Shown here: piece after piece, positions 1 through 11,051 of the stretch
Position numbering within the stretch: the stretch's first letter is position 1
Layout: every line of letters begins with the position of its first letter
Translations under genes and position numbers: made by a program
The notes under the pieces: generated by a model
What the model was told of the DNA's origin: nothing
The model's input: the letters and a program-made list of their open reading frames with translations, nothing else
Databases searched by the model: none
NCBI GenBank assembly: GCA_963666345.1
Contig: OY762721.1
Span: forward strand, 2,912,001-2,976,000
Source of the DNA: Desulfatiglandales bacterium
Lineage (GTDB): Bacteria > Desulfobacterota > DSM-4660 > Desulfatiglandales > Desulfatiglandaceae
Length of the DNA: 64,000 nucleotides
Direction: 5' to 3'

Positions 1-600
1 TCCTCTGGTATCATTTCGACTCAAAGAGGTTAGTTCATAGCTGACAGTGATTCTTTCATTAAGCTGTCTAAGCGAAGGGCTGCTAAGGATAACTCCCAGT
101 TCAGGTTGACCAACAAGGACTATCTGTATAAGCTTTTCTCTCTCCGTTTCAAGATTTGACAGCATTCTAATCTGCTCGAGGACCTTGTGGGATAGGTTCT
201 GCGCCTCATCCAGGATCAAAACCGCGTTTCCACCCATACTGAATGTTTCAAGGAGAAACCCGTTTAACAAATCTACAAGGTTTTTTTTCGTACATTCCCC
301 TATGGGTGTCTCAATTCCAAATTCTTGATTTAATGTCCTGAGCAGTTCAAAATCATCAAGAAATGAACTAAAGACCAGCGCACTTTTGGTGTTCTCATCC
401 AGCTGGCCAAGCAGTGCCCTGCAAATAGTCGTTTTTCCGGTGCCTATTCCGCCTATGATTGATATGAAGCCTTTTCTTTCGTTTATCCCGTATAAAAGAT
501 GATCTATCGCCTCCCTGTGGTTGCTGCTTAAAAAGAGATAGCGAGGATCAGGGGTCAGATTGAAGGGGTTTTCCCTAAAACCAAAAAATGAATTATACAC
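1..600 (-). CDS. exeA: ExeA/GspA-family AAA ATPase (runs off the left edge of the window)
   Basis: Manual translation from GTG at 600 gives MYNSFFGFRENPFNLTPDPRYLFLS...GFISIIGGIGTGKTT, the typical ExeA N-terminus plus Walker A. It follows gspC. Confidence 0.85.
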   Translation of the reverse strand, partial: MYNSFFGFRENPFNLTPDPRYLFLSSNHREAIDHLLYGINERKGFISIIGGIGTGKTTICRALLGQLDENTKSALVFSSFLDDFELLRTLNQEFGIETPIGECTKKNLVDLLNGFLLETFSMGGNAVLILDEAQNLSHKVLEQIRMLSNLETEREKLIQIVLVGQPELGVILSSPSLRQLNERITVSYELTSLSRNDTRG

Positions 601-604
601 GGCC

Positions 605-1453
605 CTATCTGAATCTGTAGGTTAATGTTTTGCTTTCACCGTTTCTCAACATCTCCAGGGAAACATCGGAGCCAGCTTTGAGATTGCTATATAGTTCTAC
701 CAAATCATCCGGGCCTGATACGGCCTTTCCATTAACACCCTTTATTATGTCTCCCCTTTCAAGGCCGAGCGAGGAAAAAATGGAACCATCCTCTACATGG
801 ATCACAGATAAACCGTCAGGTTTTCCGTTCCTGAAATGGGGTTTTATGCGGACCTTAGAAAGAAGGTCATTCATGTTTTCAAGGGGGTTCTCCATTTTTG
901 CGCGATCCACATCAATTGTGGAGGACCTCCTGCGGACGGCCCTTGGGGGGCTGGACCTTCTCTTTTTGGATATGGGGACCTCTTGAATGGTAAGTATTTC
1001 ATCCTTGTTACCAACTCTTAGTATCACTTTTCCTCTTAGAATCATTTTAATGAATGCATTCTGAATAGAGTCGCCCACCCTGTAAATACCCTGCTCCTTT
1101 TTGCTTCCCTGTTCTTTTATAATCGCGCAGATGTTTTTTTTGTCTCCCGTGACAGTTCCTAACAGGGCGATCTTGAGACTTGTTGGGTCGAGTGTGTCAA
1201 GTCCCTTCATATCTAACTTTTTATCATCAGGTTTATCCTGTGAACCAAACAGGCTCCTTTCCGATACGATCTTGAAGCCGGAAAGCGGTTCCTTTTTTGT
1301 TCTATTGTTTTGGGTCGAATGCTGATAGACTATTTCTGCCTTTTTTACCTGCCAAAAGTTTATGTCAACAATCCTGTAAAATATGTCCACCCCGATATAT
1401 ATACATAGCGTAAGGGCAAAAATATTAAAAATAGTTGTATAATATTTTGTCAT
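605..1453 (-). CDS. gspC: Type II secretion protein GspC (PDZ)
   Basis: N-terminal TM, HR domain (LLGTVTG...YRVGD) and C-terminal PDZ (LGLERGDIIKGVNG). Confidence 0.88.
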   Translation of the reverse strand: MTKYYTTIFNIFALTLCIYIGVDIFYRIVDINFWQVKKAEIVYQHSTQNNRTKKEPLSGFKIVSERSLFGSQDKPDDKKLDMKGLDTLDPTSLKIALLGTVTGDKKNICAIIKEQGSKKEQGIYRVGDSIQNAFIKMILRGKVILRVGNKDEILTIQEVPISKKRRSSPPRAVRRRSSTIDVDRAKMENPLENMNDLLSKVRIKPHFRNGKPDGLSVIHVEDGSIFSSLGLERGDIIKGVNGKAVSGPDDLVELYSNLKAGSDVSLEMLRNGESKTLTYRFR

Positions 1454-1548
1454 ATTGTCTCGTATTTGCTAAATTAAAAACATGCCGTCGCACTTAAATT
1501 TGCTTCTGCAAATATCACCCGAGGCAAAAAGCTCCTGAAAAATTGCCT

Positions 1549-2445
1549 CTATGTAAAATTAAATCTGGGGGATTCGAAAGTACCTGAAATTCTAAAGGAA
1601 AGCCTTCCGTTTCTCAGGCGGCGCCTCAAAAGCTTCATGGAACGGGAACCTGATCCGAGCCTGCTCACCAAACCGCCCATGGGTTCCACAGTTCCCCTTA
1701 TATTCAGGGAGCTGTTGGAGATATCCTCCTTTAGTATAATGTTACCGGAAAGCGACCCTTGGATCTCCCGCCCTTTTATCTCTACCTCTCTGAGTTCCAC
1801 CCGTCCTTTTTCAATAAGTAGGTTCATTAAAAGGTTATCGAAATTAACAGAGTTTATTCCAATAATAGGCTTGACAACCTCCAGCCTTCCTTTTGAAATT
1901 GTTAGATTTATCTCCCCTTTTCCGTCAAAAAAAACGATTCCATGGTCTTTGATATCAATCCTGCCATTGAGAATGCCTTTTATTTCATGGCCCAACATTT
2001 TTGAAAAAACGGGGTATTTTTCAAGATCTATATCTGAAATACTTATTGAAGTGTCATAAATCGGTTCCGTGTTTGTTTCTTTGATACCAAAATACCCTGA
2101 TATATTGCCTTCATAGGCGGTGCAGTCAAATCTGAATCTCTGTCTGTCTCTAAATAGAGAAATTAAATCCGGCCTTGTCTTGAGATGTTTAGTTTCAAAA
2201 AATGCTATTTCAGGCAGGTGGTTTTTAAAAACCCGGGCATTAAGAAAACTGATCCCAGGTGGGAAATCAATGTCAGTTTTCTCAATAGAGAGGGTGTATC
2301 CTGGATATTTTTTTTGGAAGGTGGACTCAATATGGTTCATCAGTGCCGTTGAAGGAAAACGGTAATATAACAGAAAGAACATAAGCAGCATGCCGTATAT
2401 TATATATACAAGTAGGGCCCTTTTTTTTGTCCTTGTTTCCTGCAT
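1549..2445 (-). CDS. gspN: Type II secretion protein GspN
   Basis: N-terminal TM ending YYRFP, beta-rich body, C-terminal ISGTFESPR; position in the gsp cluster. Confidence 0.75.
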   Translation of the reverse strand: MQETRTKKRALLVYIIYGMLLMFFLLYYRFPSTALMNHIESTFQKKYPGYTLSIEKTDIDFPPGISFLNARVFKNHLPEIAFFETKHLKTRPDLISLFRDRQRFRFDCTAYEGNISGYFGIKETNTEPIYDTSISISDIDLEKYPVFSKMLGHEIKGILNGRIDIKDHGIVFFDGKGEINLTISKGRLEVVKPIIGINSVNFDNLLMNLLIEKGRVELREVEIKGREIQGSLSGNIILKEDISNSSLNIRGTVEPMGGLVSRLGSGSRSMKLLRRRLRNGRLSFRISGTFESPRFNFT

Positions 2446-2523
2446 ATTAATACCGTCTTGATAAGCTTATGAGTGACTAAATTTGTTTTTTGTTAATAAT
2501 GCGCTTGGTCTTTACCGGCCCTT

Positions 2524-3039
2524 TTACTGAAGGGTAAGCACCTGCACTATAGCGTCCAGGCAGCTTTTTTCTTTTTTGCTTTGCTTAATTGACATCCTCT
2601 TGATATGTATTACATTTTCAGGAGATTCAATCCTGTAGAGATATCCCACCAGCTGATCCAGGGTAATCCCTTCAAGTTTCATTTCCACCATGGATTCCTT
2701 GTAAGGCCCGGCACTTTCCGCCACTGATGGTTTCATATATTTAATTCTATCTTTTACCTTGGCTGTCCCAGCCTCTTTTTCCAGAAAGGAAAAAAGGGTA
2801 AAGCCCTTTCTCCGTTTATCAAGGAGGCGTGTGAGTGCCTGAGTGCCTTTCTCGCTGTTCCTGTATCTTGAACTCAATACAACCATTTCTTCTATTCCCT
2901 TCTCCCTGATCTTGATACCCCTTTTGAGTCTTTCTCTTTTATCAAAAAAGGGAAACAGAAGGGTTTGAAACAGCAGAAAGGCTGAAACGGCACAACCTAT
3001 TAATATTGAAAGATATTTCTCTCGTTTCGCAAGCTTCAT
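2524..3039 (-). CDS. gspM: Type II secretion protein GspM
   Basis: LAKREK plus TM, ferredoxin-like C-terminus (LEGITLDQLVGYLYRIE); follows gspL. Confidence 0.8.
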   Translation of the reverse strand: MKLAKREKYLSILIGCAVSAFLLFQTLLFPFFDKRERLKRGIKIREKGIEEMVVLSSRYRNSEKGTQALTRLLDKRRKGFTLFSFLEKEAGTAKVKDRIKYMKPSVAESAGPYKESMVEMKLEGITLDQLVGYLYRIESPENVIHIKRMSIKQSKKEKSCLDAIVQVLTLQ

Positions 3040-3046
3040 AGTAGAC

Positions 3047-4558
3047 CTAACCTATATCCTTCCTCCTTACTCGCCGAAGTTTTAGTTCAAACCGGACCTG
3101 CTTTCCGTTACGGTCAAGATTTGCAGCGCTTATGACCACAGAGTCAAAAAAATCGGATTGTTTGAGCGCGCCCTTTACGGCATCTACGTTGTTGAAATTA
3201 TCTGTTTTGCCGCTCATTCTTATAGATTCATCATCTATCGTCATTGATGTAATGATGACCGTCAGTGACTCAGGCAGCCTCACTGAGATATCCTTGAGCA
3301 GATCAAGGACCTTGGCATTTCCATATGGGGAAAGCTCCTGACCGGAGGCACCATTGAGTTCCCTCACCTTGATTTTCATCTGCTGAAGCGGATCAACTAT
3401 CCTTTTTACTTCAGGGAAGGTGGCTTTTAGTATGTCCGTCATCCCCCGCCCCAAGCGGGTGTGTTTCTTTTCCAGGAAATAATAATCAACACCAAAATCA
3501 ACAGCCAGCAAGGCTGCTATAATGAAAAGGAAAACAGAGGCCTTTTTCAGCTGCCTTTTAAACCCTGCATAATGTTTTTTTACCTCGAACTCTCCTTTTC
3601 TGAAATTGAAACCCTGATCTGTTTTTCCATCTCGAAGAGCAAGCGCCAGTGCTCCATCCATCAGTGGATGCCACCTTTCCCTGATGCTTTCTGAAATGTC
3701 GACCTTTGGATCAGTGCTCACGTCTACCAATGTGACGGGAAGGTCCAGATACCTTTCGAATAATTCATCTAATCCAGGGAAGTCAGAACCCAGACCCGCG
3801 ATATAGGCCTTTTCAGGACGAGAGATATTTCCATTTTGCCATATATTTGCATGTAGAGTTACCCTGACTTTATGACAAACGGTTTTTAGCTCTTCAGAAT
3901 TGATGGCCGCTTTTGCAGGATCAGAAGGCATCGAATGCGCTTCAGAGAGGGCTTCTAAAAATGTTTTTCCATCAAATGAGAAAACTCTAATAAGATTTAT
4001 TCGTCTTTTTACGCTAAATATGAGCGAAGCACTTTTCTCCTGCAGGTACAGGAGCATGAAATTAACCGGTGTTTCAGATTGTTTTATTAGCCAAGAAGCC
4101 AGAGGGACCCCACTTATTTCAAGGACATTCGGATCGATTCCATAATTATTAAAATGGGCAAGATAGCTTGAAATCACCTCTTTTTTGACCGATGCCGCCA
4201 CTATTTTGTTCTGTTCATCACCTTTGGTGACAAGGAAATCAGAACTCAGCTCTTCGATAGGGAAAGGAATAACAGTTTCAATTTCAAAGGGAAGAGTCTG
4301 TACTATCTTTTTTTTCTCCTTAAAAGGCATTTGAAGGTTATGGTAGGATAAGATGGTGGACGGGATCGCCGCTATACAAGAATCACTTCGAAGATCAAAG
4401 CTAACCGAGAGTTCTTTTAATGCATCACCAAAAAATTCCTTCCCCTTTAGCGGGACGCAGGCGCATGCGGTAATTTCATAACCCTTCAGTCCGCTCTTTA
4501 ACTGAACCGCGGTAACAGAGCTCTCAGATATTTCAAGGCCTAATATTTTACCTGGCAT
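3047..4558 (-). CDS. gspL: Type II secretion protein GspL (PilM/PilN-like domains)
   Basis: Actin-like N-terminus (ILGLEI...LPFEIE), TM, PilN-like C-terminus. Confidence 0.82.
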   Translation of the reverse strand: MPGKILGLEISESSVTAVQLKSGLKGYEITACACVPLKGKEFFGDALKELSVSFDLRSDSCIAAIPSTILSYHNLQMPFKEKKKIVQTLPFEIETVIPFPIEELSSDFLVTKGDEQNKIVAASVKKEVISSYLAHFNNYGIDPNVLEISGVPLASWLIKQSETPVNFMLLYLQEKSASLIFSVKRRINLIRVFSFDGKTFLEALSEAHSMPSDPAKAAINSEELKTVCHKVRVTLHANIWQNGNISRPEKAYIAGLGSDFPGLDELFERYLDLPVTLVDVSTDPKVDISESIRERWHPLMDGALALALRDGKTDQGFNFRKGEFEVKKHYAGFKRQLKKASVFLFIIAALLAVDFGVDYYFLEKKHTRLGRGMTDILKATFPEVKRIVDPLQQMKIKVRELNGASGQELSPYGNAKVLDLLKDISVRLPESLTVIITSMTIDDESIRMSGKTDNFNNVDAVKGALKQSDFFDSVVISAANLDRNGKQVRFELKLRRVRRKDIG

Positions 4559-4646
4559 TACAAATAATTACCCTAGGAAGGCCTGTAGTTAAGCAGCCTT
4601 TTGAATAATATAGGTAAATTTAAAAAAATATGCCAAAATTATAATT

Positions 4647-5621
4647 CTACTCGATCTTCCAGTATTTCATGTCGAATTCTTCACCCTTTCTTTCCACATG
4701 AGCTGTTACTGCTTTTTCCATGCCATCAAAAGCTGCTATAGACTGTATCTCAAAAAATGCGCTTGATGTCTTGATTAATTCTCCCGTAATTTCGATTCCG
4801 CTCATTCCCGGAACATCCTTATACCAGGTAGGAGAACTAAGGTCTGCTTCATCCTCCTGACGATAAGATGCCAATCCTTCAGCCATTTCCTGATCTATTT
4901 GATCCGACAGGGAACGAATCACAATCGGATCAGCAGTATTTATGTTTATTTTTCCATCTCCGTATACAGTCAAAAAGTGCAGGATTCCGGGTTGAACCTC
5001 ACCTCCGTATATCAATCCTTCTGTAACGCCTCTGACCAGCAGGAGTTCCTCCAACGTTTCAATCGGCCCGTTTCTACAGAAATAGGGACTTTCAAGGGAC
5101 GTATAATAGCTTTTCTCCGCTCCAAACCTGGTGACTTCGTCATCCCTGTCTATCCAGTCCTTTATAGCATCTATTATGTTTCCTATATCTTCTTCATTCA
5201 GATTGAACTCCTCCAGGCTCAGGAACTTTCTCAAGAGGCCATCCTGGGTTTCATTGTATTCTCCGGTTTCACCTATAAGCTTGTTGATGTTTATCCTGCC
5301 TGAATGATCGATTATACTCACCCGAAGCTTTCCCTTATCAAAAAGGGCATCCGCCCCGGAGGATAGGACCGCCGGATCAGCCCAAAACTCACTCAATGCG
5401 TCAAAGTCACTTTCAAGGCCGTCTTCATGAAGAACTGCGAGGCAGTAATCAAATCCTGATCTTGCCATTGAATCCAGGATTACGGCCTCTCCAAAATTAG
5501 TGGCTTCTGTAAGATCAGATCTCATTTCCTTATTGAAATCAATAGTCAATGCAACCAGGAGACTTACGATCATGATAGTTAGAATTAGAGCAAAGCCGTT
5601 TTTATTCCTAAATAAGCTCAT
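4647..5621 (-). CDS. gspK: Minor pseudopilin GspK
   Basis: G|FALILTI prepilin site, GRININ, DWIDRD and EELLLVRGV motifs. Confidence 0.92.
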   Translation of the reverse strand: MSLFRNKNGFALILTIMIVSLLVALTIDFNKEMRSDLTEATNFGEAVILDSMARSGFDYCLAVLHEDGLESDFDALSEFWADPAVLSSGADALFDKGKLRVSIIDHSGRININKLIGETGEYNETQDGLLRKFLSLEEFNLNEEDIGNIIDAIKDWIDRDDEVTRFGAEKSYYTSLESPYFCRNGPIETLEELLLVRGVTEGLIYGGEVQPGILHFLTVYGDGKININTADPIVIRSLSDQIDQEMAEGLASYRQEDEADLSSPTWYKDVPGMSGIEITGELIKTSSAFFEIQSIAAFDGMEKAVTAHVERKGEEFDMKYWKIE

Positions 5622-6312
5622 TTTTGGCCTTTGCCATCGGTATACGAACAGAAGTAAAAAACTTGAGTGTTGATCCAGGCGCTGCGCTATTCGAAAATTC
5701 CATTTCTATGGAAACCAGATTCGGCAACCTGTCTTTGAATTCCTCGCCCTCGGAATCCCATCTATCATATTCCATACCCTGCTCATCATAATAGGTGAAA
5801 TTCAACGAGATGAGGTTGTCGCACAGAAGAAAACCTGAGGTAGCTTTTTCAGGTGCTTCCTGAAAGATATGAGTGTCTGAACGAAAGAGCGACAGAAAAC
5901 CTTTTTCAGCTGACTGTAGCAAATAATACTCTATCTCGGAGGCATCGGGTTCAATACTTTCCTCTTCAAATATGATATGGGATCTTGAAAAAAATACGAT
6001 GCTATCGGCCCGATTGTTTTTTATTTCGCCATTTTCGCCCTTAAAGAAGGGTTTTTTCAACTGACTGTTATCTGATATTTCACCGCTCAAAGAACCAGCG
6101 ATATACGAAGACTCCAGATCCTCCCTGATTCTCTCGGATGCTATCCTCGCCATTGAGTAGATGTCACTTTGGGATTGAGTTTCATTAATAATTCTTATCC
6201 CTCCGGTATATGCGGTGAACACTATTGATACAATAACTGCCAGGATGGCAGTTGCGATGAGTATCTCGATCAGAGTAAAACCACGGGACTCTTTTTTTCC
6301 TGAAAAGATCAT
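5608..6312 (-). CDS. gspJ: Minor pseudopilin GspJ
   Basis: G|FTLIEILIA prepilin motif; lies between gspI and gspK. Confidence 0.85.
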   Translation of the reverse strand: MIFSGKKESRGFTLIEILIATAILAVIVSIVFTAYTGGIRIINETQSQSDIYSMARIASERIREDLESSYIAGSLSGEISDNSQLKKPFFKGENGEIKNNRADSIVFFSRSHIIFEEESIEPDASEIEYYLLQSAEKGFLSLFRSDTHIFQEAPEKATSGFLLCDNLISLNFTYYDEQGMEYDRWDSEGEEFKDRLPNLVSIEMEFSNSAAPGSTLKFFTSVRIPMAKAKNELI

Positions 6313-6316
6313 CCTC

Positions 6317-6775
6317 CTATCCTGTTTTCTGAAAAAAAAGATAACGTCTCAAGTTATATTGATATCTCTTATCTTCACCCCAATATACTGTAAGATCTAT
6401 CTGCTTTAGATAATCGGAAACTTTTTTAGGCTCGTAAAAAAAGGCGTCCTTTATTGTGATTTCCCAGACATAACCGCAAAAATCATCTCCAAAATCCCCG
6501 GAACCGCTGGAGAGTTTTTCAAGATCCGTGGAAGCCACTTCCGCTATCCTGCTCTGAGCCAGAAGAGCTGCAGTCGTGTTGAATTTTGCATCAGCGGCCA
6601 GATAAACGCTTTGGGACTGAGAACCCAATACGGCCGACAGGGCAATGGCGATTATAGACATGGCTACCATTACCTCCAGCAATGTGAACCCCGGCTGTAA
6701 TAGGTCCCCTTTTTTATTCCTGATGTAAGAACTTTTGTTATAGGTCCTCAAAATCCACATACCCATCCAGGACAC
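6317..6775 (-). CDS. gspI: Minor pseudopilin GspI (start uncertain)
   Basis: G|FTLLEVMVAM prepilin motif. Confidence 0.85.
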   Translation of the reverse strand: MSWMGMWILRTYNKSSYIRNKKGDLLQPGFTLLEVMVAMSIIAIALSAVLGSQSQSVYLAADAKFNTTAALLAQSRIAEVASTDLEKLSSGSGDFGDDFCGYVWEITIKDAFFYEPKKVSDYLKQIDLTVYWGEDKRYQYNLRRYLFFQKTG

Positions 6776-7241
6776 TTACCCCCGGCATAAAGGGACCAAT
6801 CAAAAGGGTGATGGTCCGTTCCCCCTGGTTGCTTAAGTGTATTGCCGTCTGCTGTGCGTAGCCCTTTCTATTGTACCTCATTACAACCTCGCCCATTACC
6901 TTTTTACCTGTGCCCCGCAACCAGATATCCTGGAATTCCACACCAACCGGAAGGGATGAAGCGTCTTCCCTTGCAGCAATTCGATCTTCCTCAGTCATAT
7001 CAGGTGATCCAACCCAATACATGTTGGAGTCAAGATCGATAAAGAGGAGTGTGGGTCTGTATTCCCTTACCGACTCACCCCTCAGAGTATTTATGACCGA
7101 AATTAACCTGCGGGTTGAACTTTTGAGACTGTCTGTCAAAAGAGTTGAGCGAACCCTCGGAACGGCTAAAGATAAAAAGACGCCTATCAAAATAACAACA
7201 ACCGTTAATTCAATGAAGGTGTATCCCCTGTTATCCTTCAT
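6738..7241 (-). CDS. gspH: Minor pseudopilin GspH
   Basis: MKDNRG|YTFIEL prepilin motif; start moved to the ATG at 7241 to avoid a long overlap with gspG. Confidence 0.82.
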   Translation of the reverse strand: MKDNRGYTFIELTVVVILIGVFLSLAVPRVRSTLLTDSLKSSTRRLISVINTLRGESVREYRPTLLFIDLDSNMYWVGSPDMTEEDRIAAREDASSLPVGVEFQDIWLRGTGKKVMGEVVMRYNRKGYAQQTAIHLSNQGERTITLLIGPFMPGVSVLDGYVDFEDL

Positions 7242-7263
7242 TGCGTTGAACTCAAAAAGGGAC

Positions 7264-7725
7264 TTATTCCAAGTCCCAGTTGTTAACGTCCTTATCTTCA
7301 CCATCTCCTCCAGGTTGTCCGTCAGGTCCGTAGGAAGTTAGGTCAAAATACCCGTGCATTCCCGGGCTGAGATATATGTAGTCATTTCCCCATGGGTCGG
7401 CGGGAACCTTTCCCTTTTCCAGATACCCTCCCTCTCTCCAGTTTTTCGGAAGAACTCCCACAGTGGGCGGTTCTATAAGGGCCTGAAGACCCTGCTCTGT
7501 AGTCGGGTATGCACCGCTATCCAGTTTGTAAAGCTTAAGTGCGGTCTCAATGCTCTCGATCTGCACCTTTGCCTTCATTCTTCTTGCCTCCTCGGGTCGT
7601 CCCATAATCCTGGGAATTATAAGTCCGGCAAGGATGCCCAGGATAACAATCACAACCATAAGCTCGATCAGGGTAAATCCCTTCAAGAATATATCTCCTT
7701 GAAAGGGTCCTTTTTGTCTTATCAT
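7264..7725 (-). CDS. gspG: Major pseudopilin GspG
   Basis: [38 protein letters not shown]. Confidence 0.96.
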   Translation of the reverse strand: MIRQKGPFQGDIFLKGFTLIELMVVIVILGILAGLIIPRIMGRPEEARRMKAKVQIESIETALKLYKLDSGAYPTTEQGLQALIEPPTVGVLPKNWREGGYLEKGKVPADPWGNDYIYLSPGMHGYFDLTSYGPDGQPGGDGEDKDVNNWDLE

Positions 7726-7761
7726 TATTTTTTCCCTCCAGGATTCCGGATTTCAGCTGCA

Positions 7762-8988
7762 TTATCGTATCATCTGGTTCATTTCAAATATCGGCAAGAG
7801 TATCGACACTACTATAAAACCGACAACCAGCCCCATTACCAAAATCATTACCGGCTCAAGCATCGATGTCATTGCCATAATTTTGGACTCCGTTTCTCCT
7901 TCATAAATATCTGCTACCTTGTCCAGCATGCCTTCGATCTCACCGCTCTGCTCACCAACGGAAATCATCTGAACAGCAATACCGGGGAACCATCTGCTTA
8001 AAGACAGGGGAGCGGAAAGGCTTTTACCTGCCTCAATCTCTTCCATGGCGTTATCAACCACTTCTGCTATCAGAACATTGTTCACTATATTTTTGACAAT
8101 CCTGAGTGAGGTTATAAGTGGGACTCCGCTTCTAAGGAGACTCGCAAGTGTCCTTGAAAACCGGACCATTGCCATTTTTGTGTTGATAGCGCCAAGAACG
8201 GGCATACGCAACTTGATATCATCCCAGATGTGTCTACCCCTTGATGTCTTAATCAGTCCCCGTATTCCAAACCACGCAAGGCCTATGACACCGAGAAGCG
8301 CCCACCAAAAATACTTTAAAAATGAACTTATGCCTATCATTATTATGGTTACAAGGGGGAGGGTCTGCTTCATCTCCGTGAATATCCCCGTAATATTAGG
8401 CACAATGAATGTTATCAGAAAAAAGAGTATTAACGCTCCGATAAGAAACATAAACACCGGGTAGGCCATTGCAGCCTTGAAACGTCCTCTGAGTGCCTGC
8501 TGGCGTTCGCTGAAATCGGCAAGCCTTGAAAGTACCAGATCAAGTGAACCGGAGGCCTCACCCGCTTTAACCATATTGATATAGACCTGCGAAAAAACTT
8601 TCTTGTGCTGTGATAGTGCAAAAGCAAGACTGTTTCCTTCGTTCACCGATTCTTTGATCTGGGCCATAACCCTTTTTAGGAGTGGGTTGGAAATTTGGGA
8701 GATCAGTGCATCAAGTGAACCTACCAGTGTAACCCCCGCTCCAAGAAGAATTGCCAACTGCCTTGTTGTGACGGATAATTCGGCAGGCCTGATCCTTTTG
8801 AAAATTCCGGAAAAAGAGACCTGTTTTGAAACAATATCCTTTGGTTTTGAAGTCGTCTCCTTTATCTCTACCGGAAATGCACCCCTCCCTCTCAGCTTCT
8901 GTCTGGCAGCAACAGCGCTGTCCGCGTCAATAATTCCCTTTTTATTCTTGCCCGCCTTATCAAGTGCGGTATATTCATAAACAGGCAT
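7762..8988 (-). CDS. gspF: Type II secretion inner-membrane platform protein GspF
   Basis: AGEASGSLD, AMAYP, VGEQSG and LEPVMIL motifs. Confidence 0.95.
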   Translation of the reverse strand: MPVYEYTALDKAGKNKKGIIDADSAVAARQKLRGRGAFPVEIKETTSKPKDIVSKQVSFSGIFKRIRPAELSVTTRQLAILLGAGVTLVGSLDALISQISNPLLKRVMAQIKESVNEGNSLAFALSQHKKVFSQVYINMVKAGEASGSLDLVLSRLADFSERQQALRGRFKAAMAYPVFMFLIGALILFFLITFIVPNITGIFTEMKQTLPLVTIIMIGISSFLKYFWWALLGVIGLAWFGIRGLIKTSRGRHIWDDIKLRMPVLGAINTKMAMVRFSRTLASLLRSGVPLITSLRIVKNIVNNVLIAEVVDNAMEEIEAGKSLSAPLSLSRWFPGIAVQMISVGEQSGEIEGMLDKVADIYEGETESKIMAMTSMLEPVMILVMGLVVGFIVVSILLPIFEMNQMIR

Positions 8989-9011
8989 AATTAGTTAGTT
9001 TTCATCCATAA

Positions 9012-9193
9012 AAGGCTCTTTTTCACAATCTCTGCGTCAATCTGCAGGATCACTTGTGCGGCGTAGTCCACTACGCCTCCGCGCAATTACTTGATTTTCT
9101 TTGCTGGGCTCAGTTTCACCCCTTGACAGGCTCCCGGTTTCTTGATTTTAGACAAGATTTTTCATTCCTGATCCGGAAACTTGTCAGAGCCCT
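9012..9193. repeat. Small non-coding MITE/REP-like element
   Basis: Short inverted ends (AAGGCTCT...AGAGCCCT) and an internal perfect hairpin GGCGTAGT-CC-ACTACGCC at 9060-9077; more GC-rich than the adjacent AT-rich intergenic DNA. Confidence 0.45.
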
Positions 9194-9679
9194 TTATTTG
9201 ATTCATGGATGGGCTAATTATAAAAATTGTAAAATTTGTTTTTCATACTACAACTTATTAATATTACTGTTTATTTAGTGAAAAGTCAATTTTATTCCAT
9301 CACCTAGCATTTCACGCATTTAATTGATTATCAGCTTTATTTTGTTATCTAATTTAGCCTTTATGATTGATTTTTTGAACCTATGAAAATTTTTGTCATT
9401 ATATGAAAACAAGAGGTTGTAATAATATCGGATATATATCCGCTTAATCAAGGGAATGTTAAACTTGTGTTGGCAATGGCATATTGATATTAATTTTTTG
9501 AAAAACAAGAAGGATAGGTCCATCTATGCCGCTTGGCTTGACTTCTCGGTCTCCCTTAGATAATTTTTATAAAAATGACTATCCCTGTTTTGCCAGCAAC
9601 ATTCAAGAGCCATGCTGGATATTTGATCTGAAATGACGGCGCAATTATAATTATCAAGTCCTCTTGGGGGAATGGTTTT

Positions 9680-10615
9680 ATGTCAGAGTATATACGCAAA
9701 AATACATCCCTTTATGTAATTGTGCTGATGGCCCTTATCCTTTTCTGTCCTCCTGCTTATTCAGAGCGAATCATCCTAGACAGTGAAGAGATATTTTCTT
9801 CAGCTCAGTCCCATATTGAGGGGGGTGATTTCAAAGAGGGCCTTGGCGAGCTGGAAACATTCGTCCATTTTTTCCCTAAAAATAAAAAGATGGAAGAGGC
9901 ACTTTACCTTATTGGAGTCTGTTATCTGGAAATAGGCCTTCACGAAAAGGCAAGAGACTTATTTTCCAGGGTGCTAATGTCCTCTAAAAAGAAAGAGCTC
10001 AACACCAGGACCCTTTTTATGACCGGTGAATCCTATTATCAGCAGCGAATATACGCGGAAGCTGAATTTTATTTTACCAGGGTCATCAATTCTTCTCCAT
10101 CAAAAGAACTAAAAAATGCATCGTTTTACAGACTGGCGTGGACAAGAGTGCAGCAGGATAAATGGGAAGAAGCATCCTCCTTTTTCAAGAGAGTAGAAAA
10201 AGGCGACAACTACCATCCTTTATCTCAAAAACTGGCTGAAGAGAGCCTCAAAGGGAAAATCCTGATGCAAAAAGATCCTATAGCAGGCGGAACGCTGGCA
10301 GCCATGCTTCCCGGTCTGGGTCATGCCTATTGCTATCGTTATCGTGATGCCTTAATATCCTTTTTTTTAAATGGCCTGTTCATATGGGCGGCAGTTGAGT
10401 CCTTTGACGAGGACCATGACGCGCTGGGAGGGGTATTATCCTTTCTCGAACTCGGCTGGTATAGCGGTAACATTTACAGCGCTGTCAATGTCGCCCATAA
10501 ACATAACAAAAAGGTGCGGGAGGATTTTAAAAAAGGTCTTGAAGACAGGGTCGAGCTGCATTTTTTTACAGGAAAAAGTAATACAGCGGGTATAGCCTTT
10601 AGAGTTAACTTCTGA
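9680..10615 (+). CDS. Exported TPR-repeat protein
   Basis: Signal peptide, TPR-like repeats (EALYLIGVCY, TLFMTGESYY), C-terminal LPGLGHAY domain. Confidence 0.75.
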   Translation: MSEYIRKNTSLYVIVLMALILFCPPAYSERIILDSEEIFSSAQSHIEGGDFKEGLGELETFVHFFPKNKKMEEALYLIGVCYLEIGLHEKARDLFSRVLMSSKKKELNTRTLFMTGESYYQQRIYAEAEFYFTRVINSSPSKELKNASFYRLAWTRVQQDKWEEASSFFKRVEKGDNYHPLSQKLAEESLKGKILMQKDPIAGGTLAAMLPGLGHAYCYRYRDALISFFLNGLFIWAAVESFDEDHDALGGVLSFLELGWYSGNIYSAVNVAHKHNKKVREDFKKGLEDRVELHFFTGKSNTAGIAFRVNF

Positions 10616-11007
10616 AACGCCCCCCTCAAATTCCTTCGTATTTCATCAGGCTTAGGAGTTATGATTAAAAATTGTGTATAGAGGTAAAAGCGGTATATCC
10701 GCCGGTTGATTGTTTAGGCGCAGACGACCGGCCACATCAAAATCCTGGTTAATTTAACTACAGATGGATTTATGCCCCAAGTAGACGATACAGCTGACCG
10801 ATGGACTAATCCTAGGACATTTTATTTGAGTAATACAATCAGGTAAGGCTGGCTGGGCTACTGTACTGATGGCGTATTCTTTGGGAAAGACCTTATGGTT
10901 ACGCATGGTATCTACAGAACCAGGTTCTTTAATTACTATCGTCCATATTAATGATTAGTTATCTCTGCTGTCCCAAGGTTTTTGGATGACGCATGCCAGG
11001 TGGTATG

Positions 11008-11034
11008 AAAGGGGGAGGTCGTGAGACCTCCCCC
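11008..11034 (-). terminator. Probable rho-independent terminator of the DUF39 gene
   Basis: Perfect 10-bp stem GGGGGAGGTC-GTGA-GACCTCCCCC just after the stop, followed by TTT on the minus strand. Confidence 0.6.
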
Positions 11035-11051
11035 TATTAGGTTCAGCGGCC

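Noticed and set aside
10616..11000. Possible ncRNA or pseudogene between convergent genes
   Set aside because: No recognisable structure or coding motif was found.
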